This document shows, piece after piece, positions 50,903-63,207 of a stretch of 64,000 bases of DNA. The DNA is taken from contig CM126220.1 of NCBI GenBank assembly GCA_052327205.1, forward strand, positions 28,210,001 to 28,274,000, given 5' to 3'. Source of the stretch: Somniosus microcephalus. Lineage: Eukaryota. The notes beneath the pieces were generated by a model that was given only the letters and a program-made list of their open reading frames with translations, searched no databases and was not told the origin of the DNA. Each line of letters opens with the position of its first letter. Within the stretch, counting starts at the first letter, position 1. The position numbers and the translations under genes are program-made.

Positions 50903-52660
50903 GCAACAACTTGTATTTATATAGCGCCTTTAACATAGTAAAACGTCCCAAGGCGCTGCCCAGGAGTATTTTAAAACAAAAAATTTGACACCGAGCCACA
51001 TAAGGAGAAATTAAAGCAGGTGACCAAAAGCTTGGTCAAAGAGGTAGGTTTTAAGGAGCGTCTTAAAGGAGTAAAGAGAGGTAGCGAGGCGGACAGGTTT
51101 AGGCAGGGAATTCCAGAGCTTAGGGCCTAGGCAACAGAATGCATGGCCACCAAAGGTTGAGCGATTATAATCAGGGATGCTCAAGAGGGCAGAATTAGAG
51201 GAGCGCAGGTATCTCGGGGGGTTGTGGGGCTGGAGGAGATTACAGTGATAGGGAGGGGCGAGGCCATGGAGGGATTTGAAAACAAGGATGAGAATTTTGA
51301 AATCGAGGCGCTGCTTAACCGGAAGCCAATGTGGGTCAGTGAGCACAGGGGTGATAGGTGAACGGGACTTGGTGCGAATTAGGACACGGGCAGCCGAGTT
51401 TTGGATGACCTCAAGTTTACGTAGGGTAGAAAGTTGGAGGCCAGCCAGGAGTGTGTTGGAATAGTCAAGTCTAGAGGTAACAAAGGCATGGATGAGGGTT
51501 TCAGCAGAGGATGAGCTGAGGCAATGGCAGAGACGGCCGATGTTACAGAGGTGGAAGTAGGCGGTCTTTGTTATGCTGCGGATATGTGGTCGCAAGCTAA
51601 TTTCAGGGTCAAATATGACACCAAGGTTGCGAACAGGGTGGTTCAGCCGCAGACAGATGTTAGGGAGAGGGATGGAGTCAGTGGCTAGGGAACGGAGTTT
51701 GTGGCGGGGACAGAAAACAATGGCTTCGGTCTTCCCAATATTTAACTGGAGAAAATTTCTGCTCATCTAGAACTGGATGTCGGAGAAGTAATCTGACAAT
51801 TTAGAGATCGTGGAGGGGTCAAGAGAAGTGGTAGTGAGGTAGAGCTGGGTGTCGTCAGCGTACATATGGAAATTGACGCTGTGTTTTCGGATGATGTCGC
51901 CAAGGGGCAACATGTTGATGGGAAATAGGAGGGGGCCAAGGATAGATCCTTGGGGGACACCAGAGGTAACGATGTGGGAGCGGGGAGAGAAGCCGTTGCA
52001 GGTGATTCTCTGGCTCCGATTAGATAGATAAGAATGGAACCAGGCGAGTGCAGTTTCACCCAGCTGGACTACGGTGGACAGGCGTTAGAGAAGGATGGAG
52101 TGGTCAACCGTATCAAAGGCTGCAGACAAGTCAAGAAGGATGAGGAGGGATAGTTTACCTTTGTCACAGTCACAAAGGATATAATTTGTGACTTTGATGA
52201 GAGCCGTTTCGATACTGTGGCAAGGGCGGCAACCTGATTGGAGGGATTCAAACATGGAATTGTGGGAAAGATGGATTTGGGAGGCGACGACACGTTCAAG
52301 GACTTTGGAGAGGAAAAGAAGGTTGGAGATGCGGCGGTAGTTTGCAAGGACAAAGGGGTCAAGGGTTGGTTTTTTGAGGAGAGGGGTGATGACGGCAGAT
52401 TTGAGGGAGAGGGGGACAGTACCTGAGGAGAGAGAACCGTTAACAATGTCAGCTAACATGGGAGCCAGAAAAGGAAGTTGGGTGGTCAGCAGTTTGGTGG
52501 GAATGGGGTCGAGGGAGCAGGAGGTGGGTCTCATGGACAAGATGAGCGTGGAGAGGTCACGAGGGGAGATTGGGCGAGAAACTGGAGAAAGATGCAAGTT
52601 CAGGGTTAGGGCAGGGGGGGAACCTTAGAGGAAGTTTGTCCCGGTGAAGTGGCAGAGGCA
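50903..52660 (-). mobile_element. L2 LINE (RT region, frameshifted)
   Basis: ORFs 52085(-) (LDPIPT, NYRRISNL, DLSAAFDTVDH) and 51011(-) (LQLNIGKTE, SRLDYSN, HWLPV); (GTT)n tail. Confidence 0.92.
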
Positions 52661-52769
52661 CTTCGGGTTAGAAAATATGCTCACCCTATTTAAAAAGTTC
52701 CTTAAAACCTACCTCTTTGACCAAACTTTTGGTCACCTGTCCTAATATGTGGCTAGGTGTTTGATAATG

Positions 52770-53695
52770 CTGTACTCCGAACTCCAAACCATCGTCAACA
52801 CCTTCACCGAAGCGTACAGGAGCATAGGCCTTACACTAAACATCCGTAAGACAAAGGTCCTCTACCAACCTGCCCCTGCCACACAGTACTGCCCCCCGAT
52901 TATCAAAATCCACGACAAGGCACGACAACATGGACCACTTTCCATACCTCGGGAGCCTACTGTCAACAAGGGCAGACGTCGACGACGAAGTCCAACACCG
53001 CCTTCAGTGTGCCAGTGCAGCCTTCGGTCGCCTGAGGAAGAGAGTGTTTGAAGACCAGGACCTCAAACCCAGCATTAAGCTCATGGTCTACAGAGCAGCA
53101 GTGAGACCCGCCCTGCTGTATGCCTCAGAGACATGGACCATGTACAGCAGGCACCTCAAAGCACTGGAGAGGTACCACCAATGCTGCCTCCGCAAGATCC
53201 TGCAAATCCATCGGCAGGCCAACATCCCAGCATCGAAGCTTTGACCACGCTCAATCAGCTCCGATGGACGGGTCACATTGTCCGCATGCCCGATACGAGA
53301 TTCCCAAAACAAGCGCTCTACTCGGAGCTCCGGCAAAGCAAGAGAGCCCCAGGTGGACATAGGAAATGCTTCAAGGATACCCTCAAAGCCTCCTTGAAAA
53401 AGTGTAACACCCCCATCGACACCTGGGAATCCCTGGCCCAAGACCGCACAAAGCGGAGGAGAAGCATCCGGGAAGGCGCCGAACACCTCGAGTCTCTTCG
53501 CCGGGAGCAAGCGGAAGCCAAGCGCAGGCAGCGCACGTCAACCCAAGCACCTCACCCAACCGCCCCTTCAACCACCATCTGCCCCACCTGTGACAGAGAC
53601 TGTAGGTCCCGCCTTGGACTCATCAGTCACCTGAGAACATTTTTAATGTGGAAGCAAGTCATCCTCCGGTCCGAGGGACTGCCTAAGAGAAGAGA
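52770..53695 (+). mobile_element. RTE-clade LINE 3' fragment
   Basis: FPYLGSLLS, AFGRLRKRVF, LLYASETWT, QLRWTGHIVRM and C-terminal CPTC...HLRT zinc finger; (GAA)-like tail. Confidence 0.9.
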
Positions 53696-53849
53696 ATGCT
53701 GTACTATATTAGTGCAAGTTATTATTATAATAATAATATAATCCTTATCACTATGTAATAATGGGATCACCGCATTGAGCCAGTACTGATTGCTCTTTAC
53801 ATTTTCCTGCCTCTGCATTTTTTGGGGGGGGTGGGTGTGGTGTCACCAT

Positions 53850-54280
53850 TGCGGGAGCTGAGAGCGGGGTGTGGTGTCACCACCGCTTTAGGACGATGCC
53901 TGGGAGCTGGGGCAGATCGCGGAAGAGGCGCAGCGATGATGGGCCGGCGGAGAAGGAGCTGCTGCTCGGGGCCGCGGTCCCTGCCCTTCACCCGGAGGCT
54001 CGCCTATTTTGACGGCGAGTTCGAGCGGCTGTGCCGGCGGCTGCTGCCCGCCTCCGAGCCCGAGTGGCGCCGGGTGCTGGAGCCTCTGCTCCGCTGCGGC
54101 GCTGCACCGACCGGTGCCCGGGTTCGCTCCGGCCGCCGCACCATGGCGCTGGCCGCCGCCGCCCTGCTCTTGCTCGCCTGCTGCTTCCTCCTCTGCAGCC
54201 GCCCCGGCGCTCGCTTCCTGAGCTTCTGTGGCCGGGCTCTGCTCATCCAGGTCGGTATCCGCCTCGACCTCTGTGAAAGG
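53850..54280. promoter_or_regulatory. CpG island / 5' end of the downstream gene
   Basis: Abrupt GC- and CpG-rich stretch, not matching any repeat in the window, containing the first coding exon. Confidence 0.8.
53936..54250 (+). CDS. C6orf89/BRAP-like membrane protein, exon 1 (N-terminal helix + TM segment)
   Basis: ATG ATG G with good Kozak context; MMGRRRRSCC...YFDGEFERLCRRLL...MALAAAALLLLACCFLLC...CGRALLIQ; donor cag|gtcggt, phase 0. Confidence 0.75.
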
Positions 54281-54356
54281 TTGCACTGCCAATACTTTCA
54301 AATATCTCTTTTATTGTAGTGGATGTGAGAGGGATTCTAAGAAACGCCGTAAACCC

Positions 54357-54612
54357 ATCTTGCATTGATCTAGCGCCTTCAACTTAGTAAAACGTCCCAA
54401 GGCGCTGCACGGGAGCGTCATCAAACAACATGTTTTAACAGCCAGCCACAAAAGGAGAACGTAGGCCAGATGACTAAAAGCTTGATCAAAGAGGTGGGTT
54501 TTAAAGAGCGTCTTAAAGGAGGAGAGAGGCGGAGCGGTTTAGGGAGGGAATTCCAGAGCTTAAGGCCTAGGCGGCAGAAGGCATGACCACCAATGGTGGG
54601 GCGATTTAAAAT
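54357..54612 (-). mobile_element. L2 3' end fragment
   Basis: Colinear with 50905-51170. Confidence 0.75.
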
Positions 54613-55134
54613 CGCTCAGTGGACCCGCCATCCAAGGGATAGCAGCAGCAGCTCCCGAGCTGGCATCAAATGATCCGCCGCACTCACCAGTCTATTCTCC
54701 CCCCCAATCCTACTAATCACACTGTGCACTTGAGCATAGTTGACTTCCCAAAGTCGAATGCACTTCTACTCTGCAGTTCCGCCCCTTGGTGCTGGGTGGG
54801 CTTTATTGAAGACATTTTGGAATTTCAGAACATAAGAAATAGGAGCAGGAGTAGGCCCTTCGAGCCTGCTCCGCCATTCAATGAGATCATGGCTGATCTT
54901 CTACCTCAAGGCCTTAGAGAGGGGCAAACTTGTTTATTTCTGTTTTTCTGAGGTCTCTGGAATTTGGGCTTGGGATCCACGTGGCCATTGACTGGCCAGG
55001 ACTCCCAGTTGGTTTGGGACTCAGTTTAAAGTGAAGGGAGGGGTCGTTGGGTTTATTAAGTTAATTTTCCAAGATGGAATTTTCTGTTCTGAATTAGTTG
55101 TTACCACCAGTCAGTCTAACATTTTCTGTTTTTA

Positions 55135-56280
55135 GAATTATAGGATGATACAGCACAGAAGGAGGCCATTCGGCCCATCGTGCCTGTGTCGGCTCTTTGG
55201 TAGAGCTATCAAACTAGTCCCACTCCCCTGCTCTTTCCCCGTAGCCCTGCAATTTTTTCCCCTTCAAATATTTATCCAATTCCCTTTTGAAAGTTACTAT
55301 TGAATCTGCTTCCATCATCGTTTCAGGCAGTGCATTCCAGATCATCATAACTTGCTGTGTTAAAAAAAAAAAAAAAAAAAAATGTTTCCTCATGTCGCCT
55401 CTGGTTCTTTTGCCAAGCACCATAAATCTGTGTCCTCTGGTTACCAACCCTTCTGATACTGGAAACTGTTTCTCCTTATTTACTCTGTCAAAACCATTTA
55501 CGATTTTGAACACCTCTATCAAATCTCCTCTTAACCTTCTCTACTCTCAGGAGAACAACCCCAGCTTCTCCAGTCTCTCCACAAAACTGAAGCTCCTCAT
55601 CCCTGGTACCATTCTAGTAAATCTCTTCTGCACCCTCTCTAAGGCCTTGACACCCTTCCTAAAGTGTGGTGCCACAATACTCCAGCTGAGGCCTAACCGG
55701 TGTTTTATAAAGGTTTACCATAACGTCTATGCCTTTGTTAAGAAAGTCAAGGATCACGTATGCTTTTGTACCAGCCATCTCAACTTGTCCTGCCACCTTC
55801 AAAGATTTGTGTGCAAAACACCCCCAGGTCGCTCTGCTCCTGCACACCTGTTAAAATTATATCATTTAGTTTATATTGCCTCACCTCATTCTTCCTACCA
55901 CAGTGTATCACTTCACACTTCTGTGTTAAATTTCATCTGCCATGTGTCTGCCCATTTCACCTGTCTGTCTATGTCCTCCTGAAGTCTGTTACCATTCTCC
56001 TCATTTTTACGACATTTCAGAGTTTCGTGTCATCTGCAAACTTTGAAATTACACCCTGTATACCCAGGTCCAGGTCATTAATATATATCAAAAAGTGCGG
56101 TGATCCTAATACTAACCCCTGGGGAAAACCCCTGTATACTTCCCTCCAGTCTGAAAAGCAACTGATCACCGATACTGTCTGCTTTCTGTCCCTTAGTCAA
56201 TTTTGTATCCGCACTGTCTCTAATCCCACAGGCTTCAATTTTGCAATTACGTGGTACTTTGTCAAAAACCTTTTGAGATT
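55135..56280 (-). mobile_element. CR1 LINE 3' fragment, degraded
   Basis: IEVFKIVNGFDRV...FKRELDKYL, FADD-like, LYKTPVRPQLEYC. Confidence 0.85.
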
Positions 56281-56914
56281 CCTGAATTTGTAACCACTTT
56301 TGATCGGCTGGGATAAGCAGGTGGATCTGACAACAGCTTTCTCTGCTTAGCTTGGGGGTTGTGTGTCAGCTGGTGAGCTGTCCGCCAAATAGATCAAGAA
56401 GGTTATCGGTTCGGTCCACGCAATGTGCATGATTAATTTGTACAAAGTAAGTGTCTTTGTTACTCTATTTGCTGGATTCAGGATATACTCTGTCTGTACC
56501 CAGCAATTAAATCCATAACCAGCCAAGGCATTGGGTCATTCAGCAACTTACTCAGACTCGCTAAACTGGACTCAATGTCCTGGCTGCAGGAGATCACAGA
56601 CCTCGACATATCAACAATAGCAAAATACTGTGGATGCTGGAAGTTTGAAATAAAACAGACGCTGCCGGACCTGCTGAGCATTTCCATCAATTTCTGTTGT
56701 TATTCCTCAACATGCCCATGGTTTGAGATGAGGCAGTTGTCACTTAATATTTTGGGATTGTGTGTCTGTAGTTTTATAAAAATCATTTAAAAATTACTCT
56801 CTTACTTAAAGCAATGCAGAGAATATTAGCCAGGTTTTAAAGAAAGGGGAAAAAACTATACAGGCAACTCAGTTATAAACTACACACCAGTTCTGTTATT
56901 GGGGTTCTAGGGTG

Positions 56915-57410
56915 AGGGTGGTGCTGGCAACAGGGATTTCAGCCACAGGTCTAGACAGGTGCTGGTATCAGGGATTCTGGCCCACACTAGACTAATGCTT
57001 GCATTGGAGATTCTGGTTTCATGATGCTGGTTTCAGGGATGCTGGCACCAGATTTACATTCATGTTGGAGATTTCGGCCACTGGATTAGGCTAGGCCTGG
57101 TTCTGACATCCTGGCTCCAGGCTTAACTTGATGCTGGTATTGGGGATCCAGACCCTGTTCATGCTGTATTGGTGATTTCAGCTGCAGGTTTAGTCATAAT
57201 AAATCCTGGTTCCAAGCCGAGGCTGGCGCTGGCATCAGAGCTCCCAACCTCAGGCCTTGGCCAGTGTTGGTATCAGTGATTCTGGCTCCAGGCCTGGGCA
57301 AATGATGGTATTGAGGATCTTGGCCCCAGGCCTCTGCTGGTAGTGGTATTGGGATCCTGGTCGAAGGCCTAGGCAAATGATGGTATCAGTGATCCTGGAT
57401 CCAGGTCAAG
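56915..57410. repeat. Degenerate minisatellite
   Basis: Recurring unit like (ga/gg)tgctggtatcagggat(t/c)ctggc..caggcctagg, roughly 30-40 nt, about a dozen decayed copies. Confidence 0.65.
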
Positions 57411-57575
57411 GGCAGTAACAGTGCCAGTGCCAGTATTGTGTTTTCCACTCCAGACCTAGGTCCCTGCTTCTCTGGGGATCCCATTCACCTAATACAAGAT
57501 GATAAACAGTTGGGGAGGGAGCAAGTTTGAATGATGGAGAATTTCTAATGGAAACACATTTCTTCTTGTCTTCAG

Positions 57576-57686
57576 TTGCTGCCTTACTGGGACTGGACAC
57601 TGTACTCCAACACTGACTGCCTCATCGGGAACCCCTATTACTTTGAGAGAGGCCTTGAGTCCTTGCAGCTCACAGACTGCATCAAT
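57576..57686 (+). CDS. C6orf89-like gene exon 2
   Basis: cttgtcttcag| ... |gtgagt; 111 nt; LLPYWDWTLYSNTDCLIGNPYYFERGLESLQLTDCIN. Confidence 0.85.
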
Positions 57687-58199
57687 GTGAGTTCAGAAGC
57701 ACTGTGACAAGAGTTTCTAAAATTATACCTTGAGATCCTTATAAAGCTGGAGTGGGACCTCCACTGAGAGAGTTCAAATCCTATTCATGCCTCAAATGAC
57801 ATTGGCATTCAGGTTCCCCCTTGAAGCCAAGTTTCACCATTGTGGCCAAGCCAACAAGGGATGGGATTGAATAATGTTTGGGTGTCTTTTGTCATCTCTC
57901 AAACAATGTCTGCCAAATGGACTGTCTCATACTCCGAATGGAGATGTACTATGTTGATGCAGAAACACATTGTGCAAGTGGAAAAGAGGAAACACAAAGT
58001 CCTTTTGACGTAAGCTTATGTTTCCTATTGGTGATTTAAATCACCAGTGCAGCAAAATACAAATGATAATTTGAATTATTTAATTTGTGGTAAATTATTT
58101 CTAAGTTATAATAATGTTTGGAGAATAGGAGCTTTCCTGATGGCTCAGTGGGTAAAGATTCTACATTTGGTCAGGACAGTACTGGGCACCACAATTGAG

Positions 58200-59003
58200 T
58201 CTTCTTCTTAGGCAGTCCCTCAGAACCAAGGATGACTTGCTTCCACATTAAAAATGAGTTCTCAGGCGACTGATGAGTCCAATGCGGGACCTACAGTCTC
58301 TGTCACAGGTGGGGCAGACGGTGGTTGAAGGGGCGGGTGAGTGGGTTGACGTGCGCTGCCTGCACTTGTCTTTCGCTTGCTCCCGGCGAAGAGACTTGGT
58401 GTTCGACGCCTTCCCGGATGCTTCTCCTCCACTTTGTGCGGTCTTGGGCCAGGGATTCCCAGGTGTCGGTGGGGATGTTACACTTTTTCAAGGAGGCTTT
58501 GAGGGTGTCCTTGAAGCGTTTCCTCTGCCCACCTGGGGCTCTCTTGCTGTGCCGGAGCTCCGAGTAGAGCACTTGTTTTGGGAGTCTCGTATCGGGCATG
58601 CGGACAATGTGACCCGTCCATCGCAGCTGATTGAGCGTGGTCAAAGCTTCGATGCTGGCCTGAGCAAGAACACTGACGTTGGTGCGCCTATCCTGCCAAT
58701 GGATTTGCAGGATCTTGCGGAGGCAGCATTGGTGGTACCTCTCCAGTGCTTTGAGGTGCCTGCTGTACATGGTTCATGTCTCTGAGGCATACAGCAGGGC
58801 GGGTATCACTGCTGCTCTGTAGACCATGAGCTTAGTGCTGGGTTTGAGGTTCTGGTCTTCAAACACTCTTCCTCAGGCGACCGAAGGCTGCACTGGCACA
58901 CTGAAGGCGGTGTTGGACTTCGTCGTCGACGTCTACCCTTGTTGACAGTAGGCTCCTGAGATATGGAAAGTGGTCCACGTTGTCCAAGGCCTTGTCGTGG
59001 ATT
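58200..59003 (-). mobile_element. RTE-clade LINE 3' fragment
   Basis: ORF 58303-58770(-) is nearly identical in protein to the 52930/53133 ORFs; tail aagaagaag. Confidence 0.9.
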
Positions 59004-59263
59004 GAGTAACCTGCCTACAACTCACTGTCTGGGCTCATGCATGGATAGTGACTATTTGGAGGATGCCTATCATCTGTGAACCATGCCGTAGTGAGAATTG
59101 GTGCTTTTGGAGAGAATTTGAAAAAAACCCCACTGTAGATGAAAAGTATTTGTTTTAAACAGCGAGCATCTGGACTGATCATGGGGGATTGCTTGCCCTC
59201 CTGCTTCAAGTTGTTACAGTTCTTTTTTTGAAGCCTTATATGTTTGTGCATCTGTTTGTTTAG

Positions 59264-59419
59264 GTATGCCGCAGATACCCAACAGTGGAATCTCTGCACA
59301 GAGCAGATCCAAAAGTTGTTCTCCAGAATTACCTGCGTCAGAATCTGCCCCTCATAATAACGGATGGGGCAGAAGAATGGGTTGCGCAGAGAGAGTTTAC
59401 TGTGCCATTCCTAACCCAG
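59264..59419 (+). CDS. C6orf89-like gene exon 3
   Basis: tgtttgtttag| ... |gtcagt; 156 nt; VCRRYPTVESLHRADPKVVLQNYLRQNLPLIITDGAEEWVAQREFTVPFLTQ (P-hhh-TD...W, as at the N-terminus of JmjC/cupin-like domains). Confidence 0.85.
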
Positions 59420-60695
59420 GTCAGTGAACAAGGAGTTTTTTTTTAAACCTCTTTCCGACTTCATGAGTGAATAGAGTGGACCATTACACAATGTGCTGTG
59501 GGCACAGGAGCTACCCCACAATCTCCAATGATACAGCATCATGACAGCTGAAGTTGTAACTACTGGGCTAGTGCTTGACTAAGATTTAAACTCTCATCTC
59601 CAGGTGGGGCAATTGCCTCTTGAAAGATGTTCCATTGTTGTATTTGACGGTGGGTGCCCTATAATGAGGTCTTGTGCTCGGTCCCAGAAACCTCGAGGCA
59701 GGAGTCCTACTGCTGGAGCTCCCAGACATCGAGTTTGGGTCTTAACCGCTGCAGCCACAGCTAACAAACAAGGAAATTAATCCTGCATGTGTGGATGGGG
59801 GTGATTAGAGGCCTCGTGGGGGGGTCTCTGATCACGGGGGGGTGGGTTAGGTAGGGACCCTGAATCCAGAAGGTAGGTATAAAGCCACTTAGCTCCTGGA
59901 TCCAGCAGTCCCTGCCTCTGATTAACTGCCGGGTTTCACACAGGCAGTTAAATTCAAAATGGAGGGGGAAAAAGAGGCTTCCAGCCTCGTTACAATATTT
60001 AAATTGAGGTAATGCCCCCTGGGAGCGGGTTGGTCGCCCGCCTCCCGCCCCGCCTTTGGCAAAACAGGAAGTGGGCGGTTTGGAGGCAGGGCCAAGTCGG
60101 GAATCCCATTTTTAACAATTTAACTGCTCCAAACCCATCTTTTTTTTAGGGGAAAATTCCGGCCTTAATATCCAAACTTGTGAACCTTGTGGTTGATGTG
60201 GAGGTTAATGTCTTCAATTGTTACTTCTGGCAGATGTTTAGGGACTAATGAACTCTCTGGTTATGGGTTTGAGATTTATTTGATATTTGAATCCTTGATC
60301 TCAGTGCTCATGTTATTTTTTCATTAGGGTGTGGGGTGTCCCACCCGGTAGGTGGGTTGAGGTGAAAGAGCAACAAACCCAAATCTCAGCTTGCAGTGAT
60401 AGTGACTCCTATTGGTCCAGCATGGGCAGTCCTATCATTACAGTTGGCAACCTGAAATTGATGTGCATTGCTCTCGGGAGGAGACTGGATGGGGTTGGGC
60501 GAGCGCACATGGTGGGGTGGGGTTGGGCGGGATGGGGGTGGGGGGTCCGCGGTGAAGAGATGGGTCACGCAGTTGAGGGCATGAGGGAGGAGCTGGTGAA
60601 ATGGGTAACAATGAAATCGGGGAGGGGCGGGGGGCAGACAAGTAACACAAAGACTTGGGCACGTCGCTGATCCTGAGTTGCTGTCTCTTTTGCAG

Positions 60696-60832
60696 TTATA
60701 CAGTAGTCACCCAGTGCTGCAGAACACAATGGTATGCAGTTATTGGGACTCTCATCACTCGCTGGAGAACAGCCCTGGTGCCTTCTTAGAAAAGGTCCAT
60801 CGACAGAGGCTTGCCCAGTGGGCGATTCAGTG
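60696..60832 (+). CDS. C6orf89-like gene exon 4
   Basis: ctcttttgcag| ... |gtaaga; 137 nt, phase 0/2; LYSSHPVLQNTMVCSYWDSHHSLENSPGAFLEKVHRQRLAQWAIQ(W). Confidence 0.85.
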
Positions 60833-62623
60833 GTAAGACGGGGCTTCTGTGCTAACTGGTAAATGCAGTGTTAGATTCTCCTAAACCTCAGCTGCGATTT
60901 CATCAAAACTCGACGCCGCACTGAAATGTTTGTCTATTAAAAGTCTTGCGTCTAACACATTGGTTACACCTCAAAGTGTAACACTTGACGGTGTCACACA
61001 AAGTGCATGTTATCCTTGCTCATAGCAACAAATCACAACCAAACAGGTAGATGACCTACTAATAAACAAGCAACATTTAAAAGAAAATCAGTAATTTCTT
61101 GCTGGTTTCTTCTGACTTTGATAACCTGACTTGCCCCCAAAGGGAGGAATGGGGGTTTATTGCGTCTTGCTTCTATTATATGTGAACATCAAATAACACT
61201 CCAGCAGTCTGTCCTGTCCATCATTTCTTCATCCGGATTGGAGTACTTTTCTTTTTAAGCCATCCATTAAAAAACATGACAGCCTTGTGTAGTTCTCACT
61301 CCAAATTTCTTGACTCTGATAACTCTTAACTTTTCAGTTGTGACTCCACACTCCATTCATGTTGGCAATTCTTTTGTGGGCGGGGAGAGGCAATCCATTA
61401 CTCCCGTTATGCTGATAGAGTTAGATGAGGAAAGATGAGAGGAGGCTCGAGTCGAACATAAACGCCGGCATGGACTGGTTGGACCGAATGACCGAATTTC
61501 TGTGCTGTATATCCTATGTAAAAACATATCCCTGTGCGGTTAAGAAGGCTCTTAATCATAAATTGACATGATAATTTGTTGTTGTAAACATATACAGAAA
61601 GTACTTTTTGATCAGTTTTGGATACATAAGGTTTGGCCATTTGCTTAGCATCAGTAGCACTATTATTTAAACCGTGGGTACAACGTTATCTTTTAAAGAA
61701 TGTCCAAACAGCAAATAAAATAGTGTTTTAACCCTCTCCCATCTGATGCATTCCTAACATTTCCTACACACACTTAGCTGATTGCTAATTGGCTGCTGTG
61801 TGTTGTCAGTTATCAAATCAAGACTTCCCATGGATAGCATGAGTCTGCCACTGCGCTCTCCCCTCTGCCACCGCCCACAACACTCTACCTGTTGACTCTT
61901 CCATTAACATCTGTCCATACATAATCCCACCATCTCAATTTGGCTTTCCACATCGTCATCTCCCAGCTGTCACTCATTCCGTCATCTTCTGAGGGGTCCC
62001 AATCTTCATCCACACAACACATGCCCTGCGCCCGGGTGGCCCTGGAGATGGAGCACGCGGTGTCCGCCGGCGCGCTCGAGCACTCCCGTGACCGGTGGGC
62101 GCCGCGGGGACTGGAGTGCATAATTGGATTGGACAACCAAATTTTAATTTGATTTGCTAAGGTTTATTTAAAGTTTTAGAGGTTTAATTACAGTTTATTT
62201 GTTTAATTTATTTGGTCCTTTTAAAAGAGGAACACATGCCCTGCCGATGCCAATCTTCTTGTAAATTATTAATTTTGCAGACAGACCACTACACTATTGA
62301 GGTATTTTTCTCACTCTATGGTCATGTCTCTCTTCACATTGTGTTTCAAATGGATGCTGTCCATCGCAGCCACATTATCGTGCATCATACTTGTTTTAGT
62401 TTTTGTATTCATCTATACTCTCTGAAACAGTGGTGACCTGCCTTGAATTGGCAGATTGACTGGACTTAAATGGGTGTGGTGAACTGGCTCGAATTGAGGA
62501 TAAATTTCACACCAGTTGGTGTTGCAGACTTGTGGTCTGAGCTGAGGTTGTTGGAGCTCGTTTCAGCCGTGATGTTTAACCATTGAATGGTGACCATAGA
62601 TAAGACAGTTTATTTCTACACAG

Positions 62624-62774
62624 GAAGAATTGCAACAAAGCAGCAGCGAAGGTGATCCGTGCGTTTTATCAGCGACCCTACTTCCTCCCTCCAGTAGTGG
62701 AATTGGCAGAGTCCAACTGGTTGCTGATGGCGTCGCGAGCAGAGAATAGTGGGATAGAGGACACATTCGTAAAG
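62624..62774 (+). CDS. C6orf89-like gene exon 5
   Basis: ttctacacag| ... |gtaaaa; 151 nt, phase 2/0; (W)KNCNKAAAKVIRAFYQRPYFLPPVVELAESNWLLMASRAENSGIEDTFVK. Confidence 0.85.
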
Positions 62775-63071
62775 GTAAAACAATATTTGCTTTAATTGGA
62801 CAAGGATGTGGATGAGTGGTCCACGGTTTATTGCAGGTGCATGAGCATTGATGGGCCTGATACTTTCTAACCCTTTTCGTACGTTTGTTTCTGGATGGCA
62901 TCTGCTCAAACACTTCTACAACTGTTTCTGGACCTTAGATGATGATATACCAGTTTATTTATTTGATACTGGTAGTTTGTGAGCTCAGTCATTCTGGCAA
63001 CTGGAGCAGCCATGTGGATTAACTGTGAGCTGATGGAGAAATGCTGAGAGCTTTCTCATTTTTTTGCGCAG

Positions 63072-63207
63072 GTGAGCGATCATGATGGGGACCTGCTGAT
63101 GTGGATCGCTCAGCTACAGGGGGTTTTTGAGGTTCAGCTCTTACCCAAGGACATATGTGCAGGCAAATGTACCCATTATACCCTGCAGCTTTCACCTGGA
63201 GAGACAG
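63072..63207 (+). CDS. C6orf89-like gene exon 6 (gene continues beyond the window)
   Basis: tttttgcgcag| ... |gtatgc; 136 nt; VSDHDGDLLMWIAQLQGVFEVQLLPKDICAGKCTHYTLQLSPGET, a cupin-like W.AQ..G...L.P...C...C....L.PGE segment. Confidence 0.85.

Noticed and set aside
61880-62160. GC-rich patch with overlapping short ORFs in intron 4
   Set aside because: No splice-compatible frame with the flanking exons; probably a decayed DNA-transposon remnant, but it cannot be classified.
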